DNA of 64,000 bases from Bacteroidales bacterium UBA3754 (GCA_002371705.1 DFGI01000019.1:17181-81180); one strand, 5' to 3'. Positions 9,913 to 19,385 are shown, numbered from the stretch's first letter. Numbers and translations: made by a program. The notes: a model not told the origin generated them from the sequence alone.

Positions 9913-12552
9913 CTATAATTTGATTCCCACTACAAGAATGTCGTCTATTTGTTGCTCAGTGCCTTTCCACGCATCCATTCGACGCGAGACGGTCATATAT
10001 TGCTCTGCCATATCCATATTTTGCATTTCAAGCACCATATCTTCGAAACGGCTGGTTGAGAACCGTGCTTTTGTTTCGCTGCCAAATTGGTCAATATAGC
10101 CGTCGCTGTATAAGTATAAGGTACAGCCTTCTTTTACGGGAATCGTCGTCTCTTCAAACACAACTTCCTGCGATTGTTTCAGCACATGCAAACCGCCAAT
10201 CGAAAACAGGGAAGAACCAATCGTTTGCACTTCTCCGTCCGAAACAATCAATAATTTTTGTCCGGCTCCCGCAAATGTGATTTCTGAACGTTTCTTGTCG
10301 TAGCGAATCAGCGATATTGCCATTCCGTCGTCCTGCGTGTCGTCGCCTTCGTTTTGACGCAAGGTTTTAATTACTTCATCGTCAATCATTTGTAGAATCC
10401 GCGCTGGGCTTTCTTCGTGCATTTCGTTCACAATTTGGTTGAGCAACGTATTTCCCACCATCGACATACAGGCGCCCGGAACACCGTGACCCGTGCAGTC
10501 AACCACAGCAAAGAACACATAATTTTTCGTTTTCGAAAGCCAATAGAAATCTCCGCTTACAATTTCCTTTGGCATATAATACACGAAATTTTGTGGAAAC
10601 AGCGACGACAATTCTTCCGCCGATGGCAAAACTGCTTTTTGAATGCGTTTTGCATACATCAGGCTATCAAGTATTTGTGAGTTTTTCTTTTCCAGTGCGT
10701 CATTTGCTGTCTTCACATCGTCGTAGGCGGCTTCGAGCTCCGATTGTTTCTGCGACAGCAGTGCGTAAGCGTTCTTTTTCTGCGTAAATAAACGATACAA
10801 AACGATAGAAAATGCAGCTATACCTAACAAAACCAAAACTAAAATAAGAATATAGATACGGAATTGGGATTGCTTCATCTCGTTTTCACGGATTTTCAAT
10901 TGTTGGTTTTCGTTGAGGTGCTCCAAAACCTTAATATCCGATTCGAATTCCATTTCGGCAATGCGCTCTTTATTTTTGTCGGCTTCGATTTCGTCTTTCA
11001 ACGACACGAATTTTTCATAATATTGTAGCGCCTTGTCTGGCTTGTTTTGCGATTTCATTAGTAGATACAATGATTGGGCTGCATCGCACGCCAATGTTTT
11101 TTCCTCGAATTTCGAGGCCGTTTCCATTGCGGATGCAAAATACTGTTCTGCCATAGGATTGTGCAATTCTTGCATCAATTTTCCTTGACTATAAGCAACA
11201 TACGCCTTGCCAAGCGCGTTTTTGCCATACAGCGCGTTTGCGGAATCGTACCATCGCATAGCCGACTGCGTTTCGCCAAAATCCTTATACAAATTTCCGT
11301 AGAAATTGCTGATGCGTGCGGCATTCAGCGAATCGCCAATGGAGCGATACACTTCGATGGATTTGCTGTAAAACAAACTTGCCTGCTTGAACAACGTTTG
11401 GTCTTTCGCAACCAAAGCCGTGTCGCGGCAAACCATACCTAATCGCTCATACGAGCTTGCAATTGCCTTCGGACTTGCAATTACAAGGTTTAGGTCGAGT
11501 GCGCGTTGATAATTTTCAATAGCTTTGTCGTAAATTTTCTGGTTTTTATATGTTCCGCCTATTGCGTTGTAAATCAATGCCTGCGCCTCTTTGTTGTCGG
11601 TTTTTGTACGAAGTTCAAGTGCTTTGCCGTAGTATTTCAGCGCTTCTCGGTAATTTCCCAAATCGCGGTGGACCGTGGCTATGTTGAACTGCGAGGCGGC
11701 AATGTCGTTTTTGTCGTCCAGTTTTGTCCGCAAATCAAGCGCGCGTTTGTAGTATTCCTGTGCTTTGTCATATACTTTGAGACGGAAGTAAAAATTTCCA
11801 ATGCTGTTGAGTGTGTAGGCTTCGCCAGCCTTGTCGCCAATTGATTCCTGAATGTTCACAGCGTTGGTCAAATACGACAGTGCATCGGAGTATTTGTGCA
11901 TTCCCACATACGCTGTGCTGATGTTGTTGCACAGGGAGGAAACGGATTTTTCGTCGTTGCACGACTGATATTCCATTTTTGCCAATTCGTATTGGCTGAG
12001 AGCGTCGTCATATTTCCCCATTTGCATATACACGTTGCCGATGTTTTTGTAGCACGTCGCCACAGCCTTGCGGTTCCCCAATGTTTGTTGTAATTTCAGC
12101 GATTGGTTGTGATAGACTATCGCCGAGTCGTAGCGGCTCAAATCCTTATAGATTGTGCCAATATTGTCGAGAATTGTGGCGGTTTGTTCGTTTGTTTCGC
12201 TGGTTTTCAGGGCTTTGCTCATATACACCAATGCGGAGTCGAACGAGCTGGTTTTGTGGTGCAGCATTCCGATTGTGAAATATGCGTCGGAGAGAATGGC
12301 TGGTTCCGCGGTGAAGGCAGCATAGTAATACGCCTTGTAAGCCGATATGAACGCTTTTTCGGGTGATTCGTTCAGATAAAGCATCGAAAGGTCCATCAAC
12401 GAATGGATTTTTTCGTTGCCCTTCGTCGATTCCACCACGCGCTTTAAACTATCAATGGATTTCTCGTTGTTTGCCGATGCCTCCAACGAAATACACGCAA
12501 CAAGCGCAATAACAAAGTATTTCAGTTTCATATAGTTGAGTTTAATTTTCAT
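9913..12552 (-). CDS. Receptor-type PP2C/SpoIIE phosphatase with periplasmic TPR array
   Basis: Domain order: signal peptide, about 12 TPR-like repeats, one TM helix (FRIYILILVLVLLGIAAFSIVLYRLF), a coiled coil, then a C-terminal SpoIIE/PP2C domain (GDFYW...DCTGHGVPGA...YSDGYIDQFG...DDILVVGI). An alternative ATG at 12531 (MKLKYF...) is possible. Confidence 0.85.
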   Translation of the reverse strand: MKIKLNYMKLKYFVIALVACISLEASANNEKSIDSLKRVVESTKGNEKIHSLMDLSMLYLNESPEKAFISAYKAYYYAAFTAEPAILSDAYFTIGMLHHKTSSFDSALVYMSKALKTSETNEQTATILDNIGTIYKDLSRYDSAIVYHNQSLKLQQTLGNRKAVATCYKNIGNVYMQMGKYDDALSQYELAKMEYQSCNDEKSVSSLCNNISTAYVGMHKYSDALSYLTNAVNIQESIGDKAGEAYTLNSIGNFYFRLKVYDKAQEYYKRALDLRTKLDDKNDIAASQFNIATVHRDLGNYREALKYYGKALELRTKTDNKEAQALIYNAIGGTYKNQKIYDKAIENYQRALDLNLVIASPKAIASSYERLGMVCRDTALVAKDQTLFKQASLFYSKSIEVYRSIGDSLNAARISNFYGNLYKDFGETQSAMRWYDSANALYGKNALGKAYVAYSQGKLMQELHNPMAEQYFASAMETASKFEEKTLACDAAQSLYLLMKSQNKPDKALQYYEKFVSLKDEIEADKNKERIAEMEFESDIKVLEHLNENQQLKIRENEMKQSQFRIYILILVLVLLGIAAFSIVLYRLFTQKKNAYALLSQKQSELEAAYDDVKTANDALEKKNSQILDSLMYAKRIQKAVLPSAEELSSLFPQNFVYYMPKEIVSGDFYWLSKTKNYVFFAVVDCTGHGVPGACMSMVGNTLLNQIVNEMHEESPARILQMIDDEVIKTLRQNEGDDTQDDGMAISLIRYDKKRSEITFAGAGQKLLIVSDGEVQTIGSSLFSIGGLHVLKQSQEVVFEETTIPVKEGCTLYLYSDGYIDQFGSETKARFSTSRFEDMVLEMQNMDMAEQYMTVSRRMDAWKGTEQQIDDILVVGIKL

Positions 12553-12725
12553 TGTTTGGGCAACATAAATTTGCCAACAAACGAATTTCCTACAAATTTA
12601 TAAAAAACATCGAAACTGCCCTCGAATTTGCTTTGAAATGTTTTGAATGACTGTTTCACGCACAAAATTTCACACTTCGGAAGAAAAAACTTTGCTTTTT
12701 GGTAACATTTTTGCTTTAGTCGTTG

Positions 12726-12733
12726 TATATTTG
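12726..12733 (+). promoter_or_regulatory. -7 box TATATTTG
   Basis: Matches TAnnTTTG and lies 28 nt upstream of the ATG at 12762. Confidence 0.5.
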
Positions 12734-12761
12734 TAAGTTATTAATTTAAAATTCTGTAATT

Positions 12762-14045
12762 ATGAAAAAAACAATTTTCAAAATCTCAGTACTTGCACTT
12801 TGTGCAAGTCTAACTTTTACAGCATGTAAAAAAGACAAGGACGATGACAAAGACGGAGAACTAAAACTCTCGGAAAAAACAGTTGAACAAAACAAAGCTG
12901 ACCTTCAACAAGCTGGTATTAATCTATCGAATGAGCTTAAGGCTATGCAGAATAGCAAAGCAATGGACGCTCTGTTCCAATTGGCAAATCTTCAGAAAAA
13001 TAAGGAATTGAAGGCTTATGTTTTGAAATCGACTGATGTGGATGCGAAACTGAAAGGCTACGAAGTTCCTGATGAATTGTCGGAAACTATCACAGAAATG
13101 TCGGGCGTGTGGGAATGGAACGCAACCGATAAGGATTTCGTGAAGAAAAGTGACTCGAAAGACGCTGTGACATACAAATTCCCGTACGATGCAAATTCAT
13201 CGAACAACAACTGCGAGGTGAACGCAAAAGTTGAATATGCAAGCAACGTGAAGAATATGCCTGCAAAAGTAAACTGCTCGTTGAAAATCGACGGCAAAGA
13301 ACTTATGAACGTTTCATACGTTGGCTCTTTCACAAACGAAGGCTATCCAACTTCCATTGTTGAAACAATGAAAATCGACGATTTCGCTTTGAGTACGGAA
13401 TATGCCCGCTCTAATTCAAAACTTTCGGTTAGCATGTCGTTCCTGCACGGAAAAACAACATTGCTGAATTGCACAAACTCAATCGAAGGTAATCTGACTG
13501 ACGAAAACATCGACAAACTTCTTGCTGATTCGGAAGGCGAGGAGGAAGAGGAATCGGAAGATTTCGATTTCATAGCAAGTGTGATCTCAAAAGCAAAAAT
13601 TTCAACACAAGTGATGAACTTTAAAATTGTTGGTTCTATCGCTACAAAATCTTTGGCTGAATTAGCAAAGAAAACTGAAAATAAAGAAGAAATTGCTGGC
13701 AAAGAAGAGTTGGAAGGCTTGGTTAAAACGGCTAACGACGCCATCGACTGCTATGTTGTGAATGCTTCCGAAAACACTAAAATTGCCAGCATAAAATTAT
13801 TTGTCGTAAAAGATGATGACAGCTATGACGGTGCAGAACGTTACGATGTGGAGCCAATGTTTGTGTTCCCTGATGAAACAAAAATGACGTTTGATGAATA
13901 TTTCAAAACAGGTTTCGACGAAGTTGGAAATGCTTTCGAAGACTTGTTCAAGAGTTTTGAGGAATCTTTGGACAAATATGGTTTGACTGGCGGTGATGAC
14001 GACAGAGTTTATGATGGCGAGGAAGATGGTGAAAACTGGGACTAA
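12762..14045 (+). CDS. Acidic lipoprotein of unknown function
   Basis: Lipobox ...SLTFTAC-KKDKDDD. It is very acidic (EGEEEEESEDFD, C-terminal DGEEDGENWD). I recognise no family. Confidence 0.6.
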   Translation: MKKTIFKISVLALCASLTFTACKKDKDDDKDGELKLSEKTVEQNKADLQQAGINLSNELKAMQNSKAMDALFQLANLQKNKELKAYVLKSTDVDAKLKGYEVPDELSETITEMSGVWEWNATDKDFVKKSDSKDAVTYKFPYDANSSNNNCEVNAKVEYASNVKNMPAKVNCSLKIDGKELMNVSYVGSFTNEGYPTSIVETMKIDDFALSTEYARSNSKLSVSMSFLHGKTTLLNCTNSIEGNLTDENIDKLLADSEGEEEEESEDFDFIASVISKAKISTQVMNFKIVGSIATKSLAELAKKTENKEEIAGKEELEGLVKTANDAIDCYVVNASENTKIASIKLFVVKDDDSYDGAERYDVEPMFVFPDETKMTFDEYFKTGFDEVGNAFEDLFKSFEESLDKYGLTGGDDDRVYDGEEDGENWD

Positions 14046-14069
14046 ACAATAAAGTTCATTTTATTGAAA

Positions 14070-14099
14070 AAAAGCAATCCAATTGGGTTGCTTTTTTTT
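14070..14099 (+). terminator. Intrinsic terminator
   Basis: Stem GCAATCC, loop AATT, stem GGGTTGC, then TTTTTTTT. Confidence 0.75.
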
Positions 14100-14172
14100 A
14101 TGGATTTCAGAAAAACTCTCTGTTTTCAATTGAAAAATCGTATCTTCGCATCGTTTTTCAAATGAAATAGTT

Positions 14173-16785
14173 ATGGAATACAATTTTACCGAAATTGAAC
14201 AGAAATGGCAGGCTTATTGGGAAAAAAATAAGACTTTCAAAACTGTTTTGGACAAGTCAAAACCGAAATTTTATGCGCTCGACATGTTCCCGTATCCGTC
14301 GGGAGCGGGACTGCACGTTGGTCACCCCGAGGGTTACACGGCAACCGATATTGTGAGCCGCTACAAACGTATGAAGGGCTTCAACGTGCTTCATCCTATG
14401 GGCTGGGACGCATTCGGTCTGCCTGCTGAACAATATGCCATTCAAACAGGTACACATCCTGCAATTACAACTAAGAAAAATTGCGACACGTTCCGCCGCC
14501 AAATCAAGTCGCTCGGCTTGAGCTACGACTGGGACCGCGAAATAAATACCACCGACCCGAAATATTACAAATGGACTCAATGGATTTTCATTAAACTTTA
14601 CAATACGTGGTTCGACAAGGAGCAACAAAAAGGTCGCCCAATTTCTGAATTGCCAATTCCTGCCGAGATTGAGGCAAAGGGCAAGGAAGAAGTGCGAAAA
14701 TATATTGATTCCCAACGTCTTGCGTACTACGACAATGCTCAAGTGTGGTGGTGTCCAAACTGTAAGACTGTGTGTGCCAACGAGGAAGTTTTGAACGATG
14801 GCTCACACGAGAAATGTGGTTGTCAGGTCAATCGTAAGAATTTGAAACAATGGATGTTACGTATTCCATTGTATGCTGAACGTTTGTTGCAAGGACTTGA
14901 TGGCTTGGACTGGCCTGCGGGCGTTAAAGATATGCAACGCAACTGGATTGGTCGTTCTACTGGTGCCGAAGTAGATTTTGAAATTGACGGTCTTGATGCA
15001 AAATTGACTGTTTATACAACTCGTTGCGACACGTTGTTTGGTGCAACGTATATGGTTATTTCGCCCGAACATCCTATGATTGAGCAAATTACCACCGCCG
15101 ACCAAAAAGCTGCCGTTGACGAATATCGCAAACAGGCGTCGATGAAATCTGATTTGGACAGAACGGAGTTGGCGAAGGAAAAAACTGGCGTGTTCTCTGG
15201 CCGTTATGCAAAAAATCCTGTAAACGGGACATTGATTCCTATCTGGGTTGCCGACTATGTGCTGATGGGGTACGGAACAGGCGCGATTATGGCTGTGCCT
15301 GCTCACGATACTCGTGACTGGGAGTTCGCAAAGAAATTCAATTTGCCGATAATCGAGGTTTTGAAATCCGAAGTTGATGTACAGCAACAAGCATGGACCG
15401 AAGACGGAATCCACGTAAATTCTGGTTTCCTTGATGGTTTGAACAAGAAAGACGCTATTGAAAAAATGATTGCGTGGCTTGCCGAACGCAAACTTGGCAA
15501 GGCAACGGTGAACTATAAAATCCGTGATTGGTTGTTCAGCCGCCAACGCTATTGGGGCGAGCCGTTCCCTATCATTCACTGGGAAGACGGCGAAGTTACA
15601 ATGGTTGACGAAAAAGACCTTCCTCACAGATTGCCAGAATTGACGAAATACGAACCGAGCGACACGGGTGAATCGCCATTAGCAAATGCCACTGATTGGC
15701 TCAATGTGGTTGATAAAAATGGCCGCAAAGGTCGCTACGAAACCAATACAATGCCGCAGTGGGCTGGATCGTGCTGGTATTACCTTCGTTACACCGACCC
15801 GACAAATGATTCAGCTCCTTTCTCGGTTGAGGCGGAAAATTATTGGATGCCTGTCGATTTGTATGTGGGTGGAGCAGAACATGCAGTGCTGCACTTGCTC
15901 TACAGCCGTTTCTGGCATAAGGTTTTGTTCGATTTGGGCATAGTCCACACCGATGAACCGTATAAAAAATTGTTCAACCAAGGTATGATTTTGGCGTTTG
16001 CCTACGAAACACAGGCAGGAGCGAAAGTCACTTCCGATAAAGTTGAGGAACGCGACGGCAAATTCTTCCATAAGGAAACGGGCGAGGAACTTCGCCAGAT
16101 TGTGGCAAAAATGTCGAAATCGCTGAAAAATGTGGTGAATCCCGACGATGTGATTGCTCACTACGGTGCCGATAGTCTTCGCTTGTACGAAATGTTTATG
16201 GGACCGCTCGATGCCGTTAAGCCGTGGGCGGAAAGCGGCGTGAAGGGCGTGTTCAACTTCCTTGCACGTGTGTTCCGCTTCTTCAGCGAAAAAGAAAACG
16301 TGGTTGCCGATTTGCAGGATGACAACGCAGTTGTGAAGGAACTTCACAAAACAATCAAGAAGGTTGCCGACGATGTTGAAAATCTTCGTTTCAACACAGC
16401 CATTTCACAAATGATGGTGTTCACAAATACGTGTTACAAAGCTGGCAAAGTTTCGGAAGCGACGGCAAAGGATTTTGCCAAGGTGCTTGCCCCGTTCGCT
16501 CCGCATTTGGCAGAAGAATTGTGGAGTATGTACGGTGGAGCAGAATCGCTTGCTTACGAGCCATGGCCTGAATGCGACGAATCGAAGTTGGTTGATGACA
16601 CGGTGATTTATCCTGTTTCATTCAACGGGAAACGCCGTTTCGAGATGGAATTTCCAAAATCGGCAACTCCCGATGAGGTTCAATCTACCGTACTTGCCGA
16701 CGAACGTACAATCAAGTGGCTCGATGGGAAACCAACCAAGAAGGTGATAGTCGTTCCAGGAAAAATTGTAAATATTGTATTGTAA
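14173..16785 (+). CDS. leuS: Leucine--tRNA ligase
   Basis: 870 aa. HIGH-type motif HVGHPEGY, the KMSKS motif, and CP1 editing-domain features. The sequence is collinear with bacterial LeuRS throughout. Confidence 0.97.
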   Translation: MEYNFTEIEQKWQAYWEKNKTFKTVLDKSKPKFYALDMFPYPSGAGLHVGHPEGYTATDIVSRYKRMKGFNVLHPMGWDAFGLPAEQYAIQTGTHPAITTKKNCDTFRRQIKSLGLSYDWDREINTTDPKYYKWTQWIFIKLYNTWFDKEQQKGRPISELPIPAEIEAKGKEEVRKYIDSQRLAYYDNAQVWWCPNCKTVCANEEVLNDGSHEKCGCQVNRKNLKQWMLRIPLYAERLLQGLDGLDWPAGVKDMQRNWIGRSTGAEVDFEIDGLDAKLTVYTTRCDTLFGATYMVISPEHPMIEQITTADQKAAVDEYRKQASMKSDLDRTELAKEKTGVFSGRYAKNPVNGTLIPIWVADYVLMGYGTGAIMAVPAHDTRDWEFAKKFNLPIIEVLKSEVDVQQQAWTEDGIHVNSGFLDGLNKKDAIEKMIAWLAERKLGKATVNYKIRDWLFSRQRYWGEPFPIIHWEDGEVTMVDEKDLPHRLPELTKYEPSDTGESPLANATDWLNVVDKNGRKGRYETNTMPQWAGSCWYYLRYTDPTNDSAPFSVEAENYWMPVDLYVGGAEHAVLHLLYSRFWHKVLFDLGIVHTDEPYKKLFNQGMILAFAYETQAGAKVTSDKVEERDGKFFHKETGEELRQIVAKMSKSLKNVVNPDDVIAHYGADSLRLYEMFMGPLDAVKPWAESGVKGVFNFLARVFRFFSEKENVVADLQDDNAVVKELHKTIKKVADDVENLRFNTAISQMMVFTNTCYKAGKVSEATAKDFAKVLAPFAPHLAEELWSMYGGAESLAYEPWPECDESKLVDDTVIYPVSFNGKRRFEMEFPKSATPDEVQSTVLADERTIKWLDGKPTKKVIVVPGKIVNIVL

Positions 16786-16807
16786 CTCAATAGTTTACAA
16801 TAGAATA

Positions 16808-16841
16808 AAAAGGACAAGCCTTGCGGGGTTTGTCCTTTTTT
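16808..16841 (+). terminator. Intrinsic terminator after leuS
   Basis: AGGACAAGCC, loop TTGC, GGGGTTTGTCCT, then TTTTTT. Confidence 0.8.
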
Positions 16842-16922
16842 GTTTGAACGAAAACCTCGATTTGCTTATCCAGTTAAGCAATTTTGCATAAATTTTATTT
16901 AATGGATTATGCAGATTTTTGA

Positions 16923-16930
16923 TATTTTTG
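16923..16930 (+). promoter_or_regulatory. -7 box TATTTTTG for tadA
   Basis: Matches TAnnTTTG and lies 20 nt upstream of the ATG at 16951. This supports the shorter tadA start. Confidence 0.5.
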
Positions 16931-16950
16931 CTTACTGGAGTAAGCAAATT

Positions 16951-17394
16951 ATGGCAGAAAAAAAGACCGACGAATATTATATGGAGCAGGCGCTTGCGCA
17001 GGCGAAAATGGCGTACGAAAAGGACGAAGTACCCATTGGCTGTGTGATTGTGTGCGAGGGGCAAATCATAGCCCGTGCCCATAATCTTTCGGAAACGCTG
17101 AACGACCCAACCGCCCATGCCGAGATGCAGGCATTTACCATAGCCACGGATTTTCTTGGAGGAAAAAGTCTTCAAAAATGTACACTGTATGTGACGGTTG
17201 AGCCGTGCGTAATGTGTTGTGGTGCAGCATATTGGGAGCAATTAGGCAAAATCGTCTATGGCGCGTCCGACGTAAAACGACACGTTTCGGAACTGCACGA
17301 CAAAATCCTTCACCCCAAAACCGAAGTCGTTGGCGGCGTTCTCAAAGAACAATGCGAAGAACTGATGCAGAAGTTTTTTAAGGAAAAGCGGTAG
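16951..17394 (+). CDS. tadA: tRNA adenosine(34) deaminase
   Basis: MAEKKTDEYYMEQALAQAKMAYEKDEVPIGCVIV...; zinc-ligand motifs HAEM and PCVMCCGA. Confidence 0.9.
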   Translation: MAEKKTDEYYMEQALAQAKMAYEKDEVPIGCVIVCEGQIIARAHNLSETLNDPTAHAEMQAFTIATDFLGGKSLQKCTLYVTVEPCVMCCGAAYWEQLGKIVYGASDVKRHVSELHDKILHPKTEVVGGVLKEQCEELMQKFFKEKR

Positions 17395-17413
17395 TTTTAA
17401 AAGAAGAGGAATT

Positions 17414-17451
17414 TTACCTCACCAATTTAGTTAAATTGGAGTTGCCTATGA
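17414..17451. repeat. 38-bp direct repeat, copy 1 (orphan copy of the HTH gene 3' end)
   Basis: ttacctcaccaatttagttaaattggaGttgcctatga matches 18037-18074 at 37 of 38 positions. Read on the minus strand it would encode ...LIGNSNLTKLVR*, but a stop codon lies just upstream, so it is a remnant and not part of a gene. Confidence 0.9.
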
Positions 17452-17464
17452 GGTACTGCAAATA

Positions 17465-17749
17465 CTATGATTTAATTCTTTGAGTAAAGTCAGACCAATC
17501 TTCTACCTTAAATGCACGAATGTCGCGCCCCGATTTCCTAAACCAATCTATTTGTTTTAATGCGGTCATAGCATCGAACACAACGCCTAATCCATCTTCA
17601 TTGGAGTTTGTGAGATATACACTTCCTTGCGTCCAGAAAAACCCATATTTTTTCAAGACCTTTCCAATTTCAAAATAAGCATTATTATATTGTTCATTGA
17701 AGTTTTTCTTCAACTCGGCAATTTCCATATCAAAGGCAATAGCATACAT
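17465..17749 (-). CDS. vapD: VapD-family endoribonuclease (Cas2-like fold)
   Basis: 94 aa. [10 protein letters not shown]...[12 protein letters not shown]...[31 protein letters not shown] closely follows the pattern I recall for Haemophilus/Helicobacter VapD (MYAIAFD...QGS.Y...VRDIRAF....WSDFT). Confidence 0.85.
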   Translation of the reverse strand: MYAIAFDMEIAELKKNFNEQYNNAYFEIGKVLKKYGFFWTQGSVYLTNSNEDGLGVVFDAMTALKQIDWFRKSGRDIRAFKVEDWSDFTQRIKS

Positions 17750-17751
17750 AG

Positions 17752-17937
17752 TTACGCCAACTTAAAGTATTTCTGTTTGTTGAAATAAACTACTTTGTTC
17801 TCATTTGCTTCTGCATATATTACGATACCATTAAATGGATTGTCTTCAACGGTTTTTACAACACCGTCAATCCATTTGTCCATACCAGTAATGTTTGGTG
17901 AAATTTTTACCCGTGATCCAACTTTCAGTGTATTCAT
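17752..17937 (-). CDS. 61-aa protein of unknown function, upstream partner of vapD (candidate VapX-like antitoxin)
   Basis: Its stop lies 2 nt before the vapD ATG, and it has its own TATATTTG box 17 nt upstream. The sequence looks like a small beta-rich domain ([43 protein letters not shown]...). I recognise no family. Confidence 0.55.
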   Translation of the reverse strand: MNTLKVGSRVKISPNITGMDKWIDGVVKTVEDNPFNGIVIYAEANENKVVYFNKQKYFKLA

Positions 17938-17954
17938 AATCGTTCTGTTTTCTG

Positions 17955-17962
17955 CAAATATA
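17955..17962 (-). promoter_or_regulatory. -7 box TATATTTG for the 61-aa ORF/vapD pair
   Basis: Reverse complement of caaatata, 17 nt upstream of the ATG at 17937. Confidence 0.55.
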
Positions 17963-18036
17963 TGCTAATTATTGAAATAAAAGCAACGGGGAATAGTAGA
18001 TTTCTTGTTTAGAAGTGACAGCGACAGGCGACTTGC

Positions 18037-18074
18037 TTACCTCACCAATTTAGTTAAATTGGAATTGCCTATGA
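18037..18074. repeat. 38-bp direct repeat, copy 2 (functional 3' end of the HTH gene)
   Basis: Matches 17414-17451 at 37 of 38 positions. Here it encodes the last 12 codons and the stop (IIGNSNLTKLVR*). Confidence 0.9.
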
Positions 18075-18357
18075 TGCGGAGAATTTCGGGGATTTTGTTC
18101 TCGTCAACTTCAAGTTGGAGTACAAATTTCTTTGCTTGTGGCTTTTCGTCGGCAGTTACAAACGGCGAGAAAAAGTTGTAATTCAATTCTTGCGAAACCG
18201 CAAATAATTCTTTCACATCCCACGAGTCATTTTTGAGTTTGCTTGTGAGGTTTTGCCTCGACATTCCTAACTTACGTGCCAATTCAGCCACAGTAACATT
18301 TTGTTGCACTGCAACTTTACGAATCCAATCTCCTATATGTAGTTCTTCTATATTCAT
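18037..18357 (-). CDS. Helix-turn-helix DNA-binding protein
   Basis: MNIEELHIGDWIRKVAVQQNVTVAELARKLGMSRQNLTSKLKNDSW...; the HTH core is TVAELARKLGMSRQNLTS. The ATG at 18357 is preferred over the track start. Confidence 0.7.
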   Translation of the reverse strand: MNIEELHIGDWIRKVAVQQNVTVAELARKLGMSRQNLTSKLKNDSWDVKELFAVSQELNYNFFSPFVTADEKPQAKKFVLQLEVDENKIPEILRIIGNSNLTKLVR

Positions 18358-18535
18358 ACCTGCAACTTGCAAAAGTTTTTATTGACAAAAACAAAAATAT
18401 TTTTACAAAAAGTTAAAGAAAATTTGCATCGGTGAAATTTATTTTTACTTTTGTAAAGTTAATTTTTACAAAAGTGCAAGAAAATATTGCACACTAAAAT
18501 TTATTCATTGTGTTTAATTAAAAAATGGAGGTATT

Positions 18536-19285
18536 ATGAAAACAGTTAAAATTCTAACTTTATGTCTTGCAGGTGTGTTTGGATTATATTCCTGCGGAAG
18601 TGACGACAAAGACGAGAAAAAAGAAGAAAAGAATAAGGTGTATTTGGTAAAGAGTCTTACCATCTCAGAAGGTGGTGACCATGATAAATATACTCTCGTT
18701 TATGAAAATGATAGAATCACAAATATCACACTTGTTGATTCTGACGGAGATACATACGCGGAAACGTTTTCATATCCTTCTGCAACATCCATTAATTGCA
18801 AAAGTGTAGACGGAGAAGGTGTAATTACAATGGATGCTACGGGGAACGTCATTTCAAAAGAAGAAGGTACAAATTTCGATGGCGATACGTATAAAGGTGT
18901 ATATTCTTTTATTGACGGGTATTTATCTAAAGAAAGTTGGGGTGAAAATAGTTATGACACTTATACTTGGTTAAATGGAAATCTTACATCTTTGAAAGAC
19001 ACATATGTATTTGAGGATGGAGAAGGCAAAGAAGAACGTGTAACTAAGATAGAATATTCCGATATTGAAAACAACACAAATATAGATTTCTATTTATGGT
19101 TATATAGTGGTGCAAATTATGCATATACTATTCAGTTTATGAAGAATGTTAGTAAAAACATACCAAGTTCAGTGAAATATGAGGAGGGATCACCTGCAAT
19201 CATATCAACCACATTAGATGAAAAAGGTCGTCCTTCAAAAATGATATATGACGGAGATACTTATACCTTTGAATATTACGATTAA
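18536..19285 (+). CDS. Lipoprotein of unknown function
   Basis: Lipobox GLYSC-GSDDKDEKK. The body is beta-rich and Y/D/G-rich, ending ...GRPSKMIYDGDTYTFEYYD. Family assignment is uncertain. Confidence 0.6.
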   Translation: MKTVKILTLCLAGVFGLYSCGSDDKDEKKEEKNKVYLVKSLTISEGGDHDKYTLVYENDRITNITLVDSDGDTYAETFSYPSATSINCKSVDGEGVITMDATGNVISKEEGTNFDGDTYKGVYSFIDGYLSKESWGENSYDTYTWLNGNLTSLKDTYVFEDGEGKEERVTKIEYSDIENNTNIDFYLWLYSGANYAYTIQFMKNVSKNIPSSVKYEEGSPAIISTTLDEKGRPSKMIYDGDTYTFEYYD

Positions 19286-19307
19286 TAATAGAAACTAATT
19301 TAGTTAG

Positions 19308-19347
19308 AAATAGGCAACCAATAAGGTTGCCTATTTTGTTTTTTTAC
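19308..19347 (+). terminator. Intrinsic terminator
   Basis: AAATAGGCAACC, loop AATAA, GGTTGCCTATTT, then TGTTTTTTT. Confidence 0.75.
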
Positions 19348-19385
19348 AGGATTTTTTATGTTTGCTAAAAATTTATAAAAGTATT

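Noticed and set aside
12553-12761. An imperfect inverted repeat (gtttgggcaa...ttgccaacaaac) just upstream of the TPR-PP2C gene.
   Set aside because: The arms are mismatched and there is only one occurrence, so I cannot distinguish it from chance in an AT-rich promoter region.
14257-16621. Several long minus-strand ORFs inside leuS (for example 14857-15627 at 256 aa and 15811-16347 at 178 aa).
   Set aside because: They are antisense shadows of a highly conserved, unambiguous LeuRS reading frame, and their composition is Arg/Cys/His-rich nonsense. The same reasoning applies to 37746-38408 and 34927-35484 (antisense to the large kinase), 54960-55667 (antisense to the permease), 16795-17241 (antisense to tadA), 52769-53269 (antisense to the zeta-like gene), and the many 60-150-aa ORFs nested in the ABC, MMPL, GH44-like and DUF4175-like genes.
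17382-17394. The exact 13-mer ggaaaagcggtag, shared with 21717-21729, taken on its own as proof of an att site.
   Set aside because: A back-of-envelope estimate for random sequence suggests tens of identical 13-mer pairs by chance in 64 kb. I keep the island hypothesis only because the match extends to 23 of 25 bases and sits exactly at the housekeeping/accessory transitions. It still needs comparative confirmation.
17465-17749. Possibility that the Cas2-like VapD marks a CRISPR-Cas locus.
   Set aside because: No cas1 or other cas genes are present, and I saw no array of regularly spaced direct repeats anywhere in the 64 kb. The short repeats nearby occur only twice each and bracket gene cassettes.
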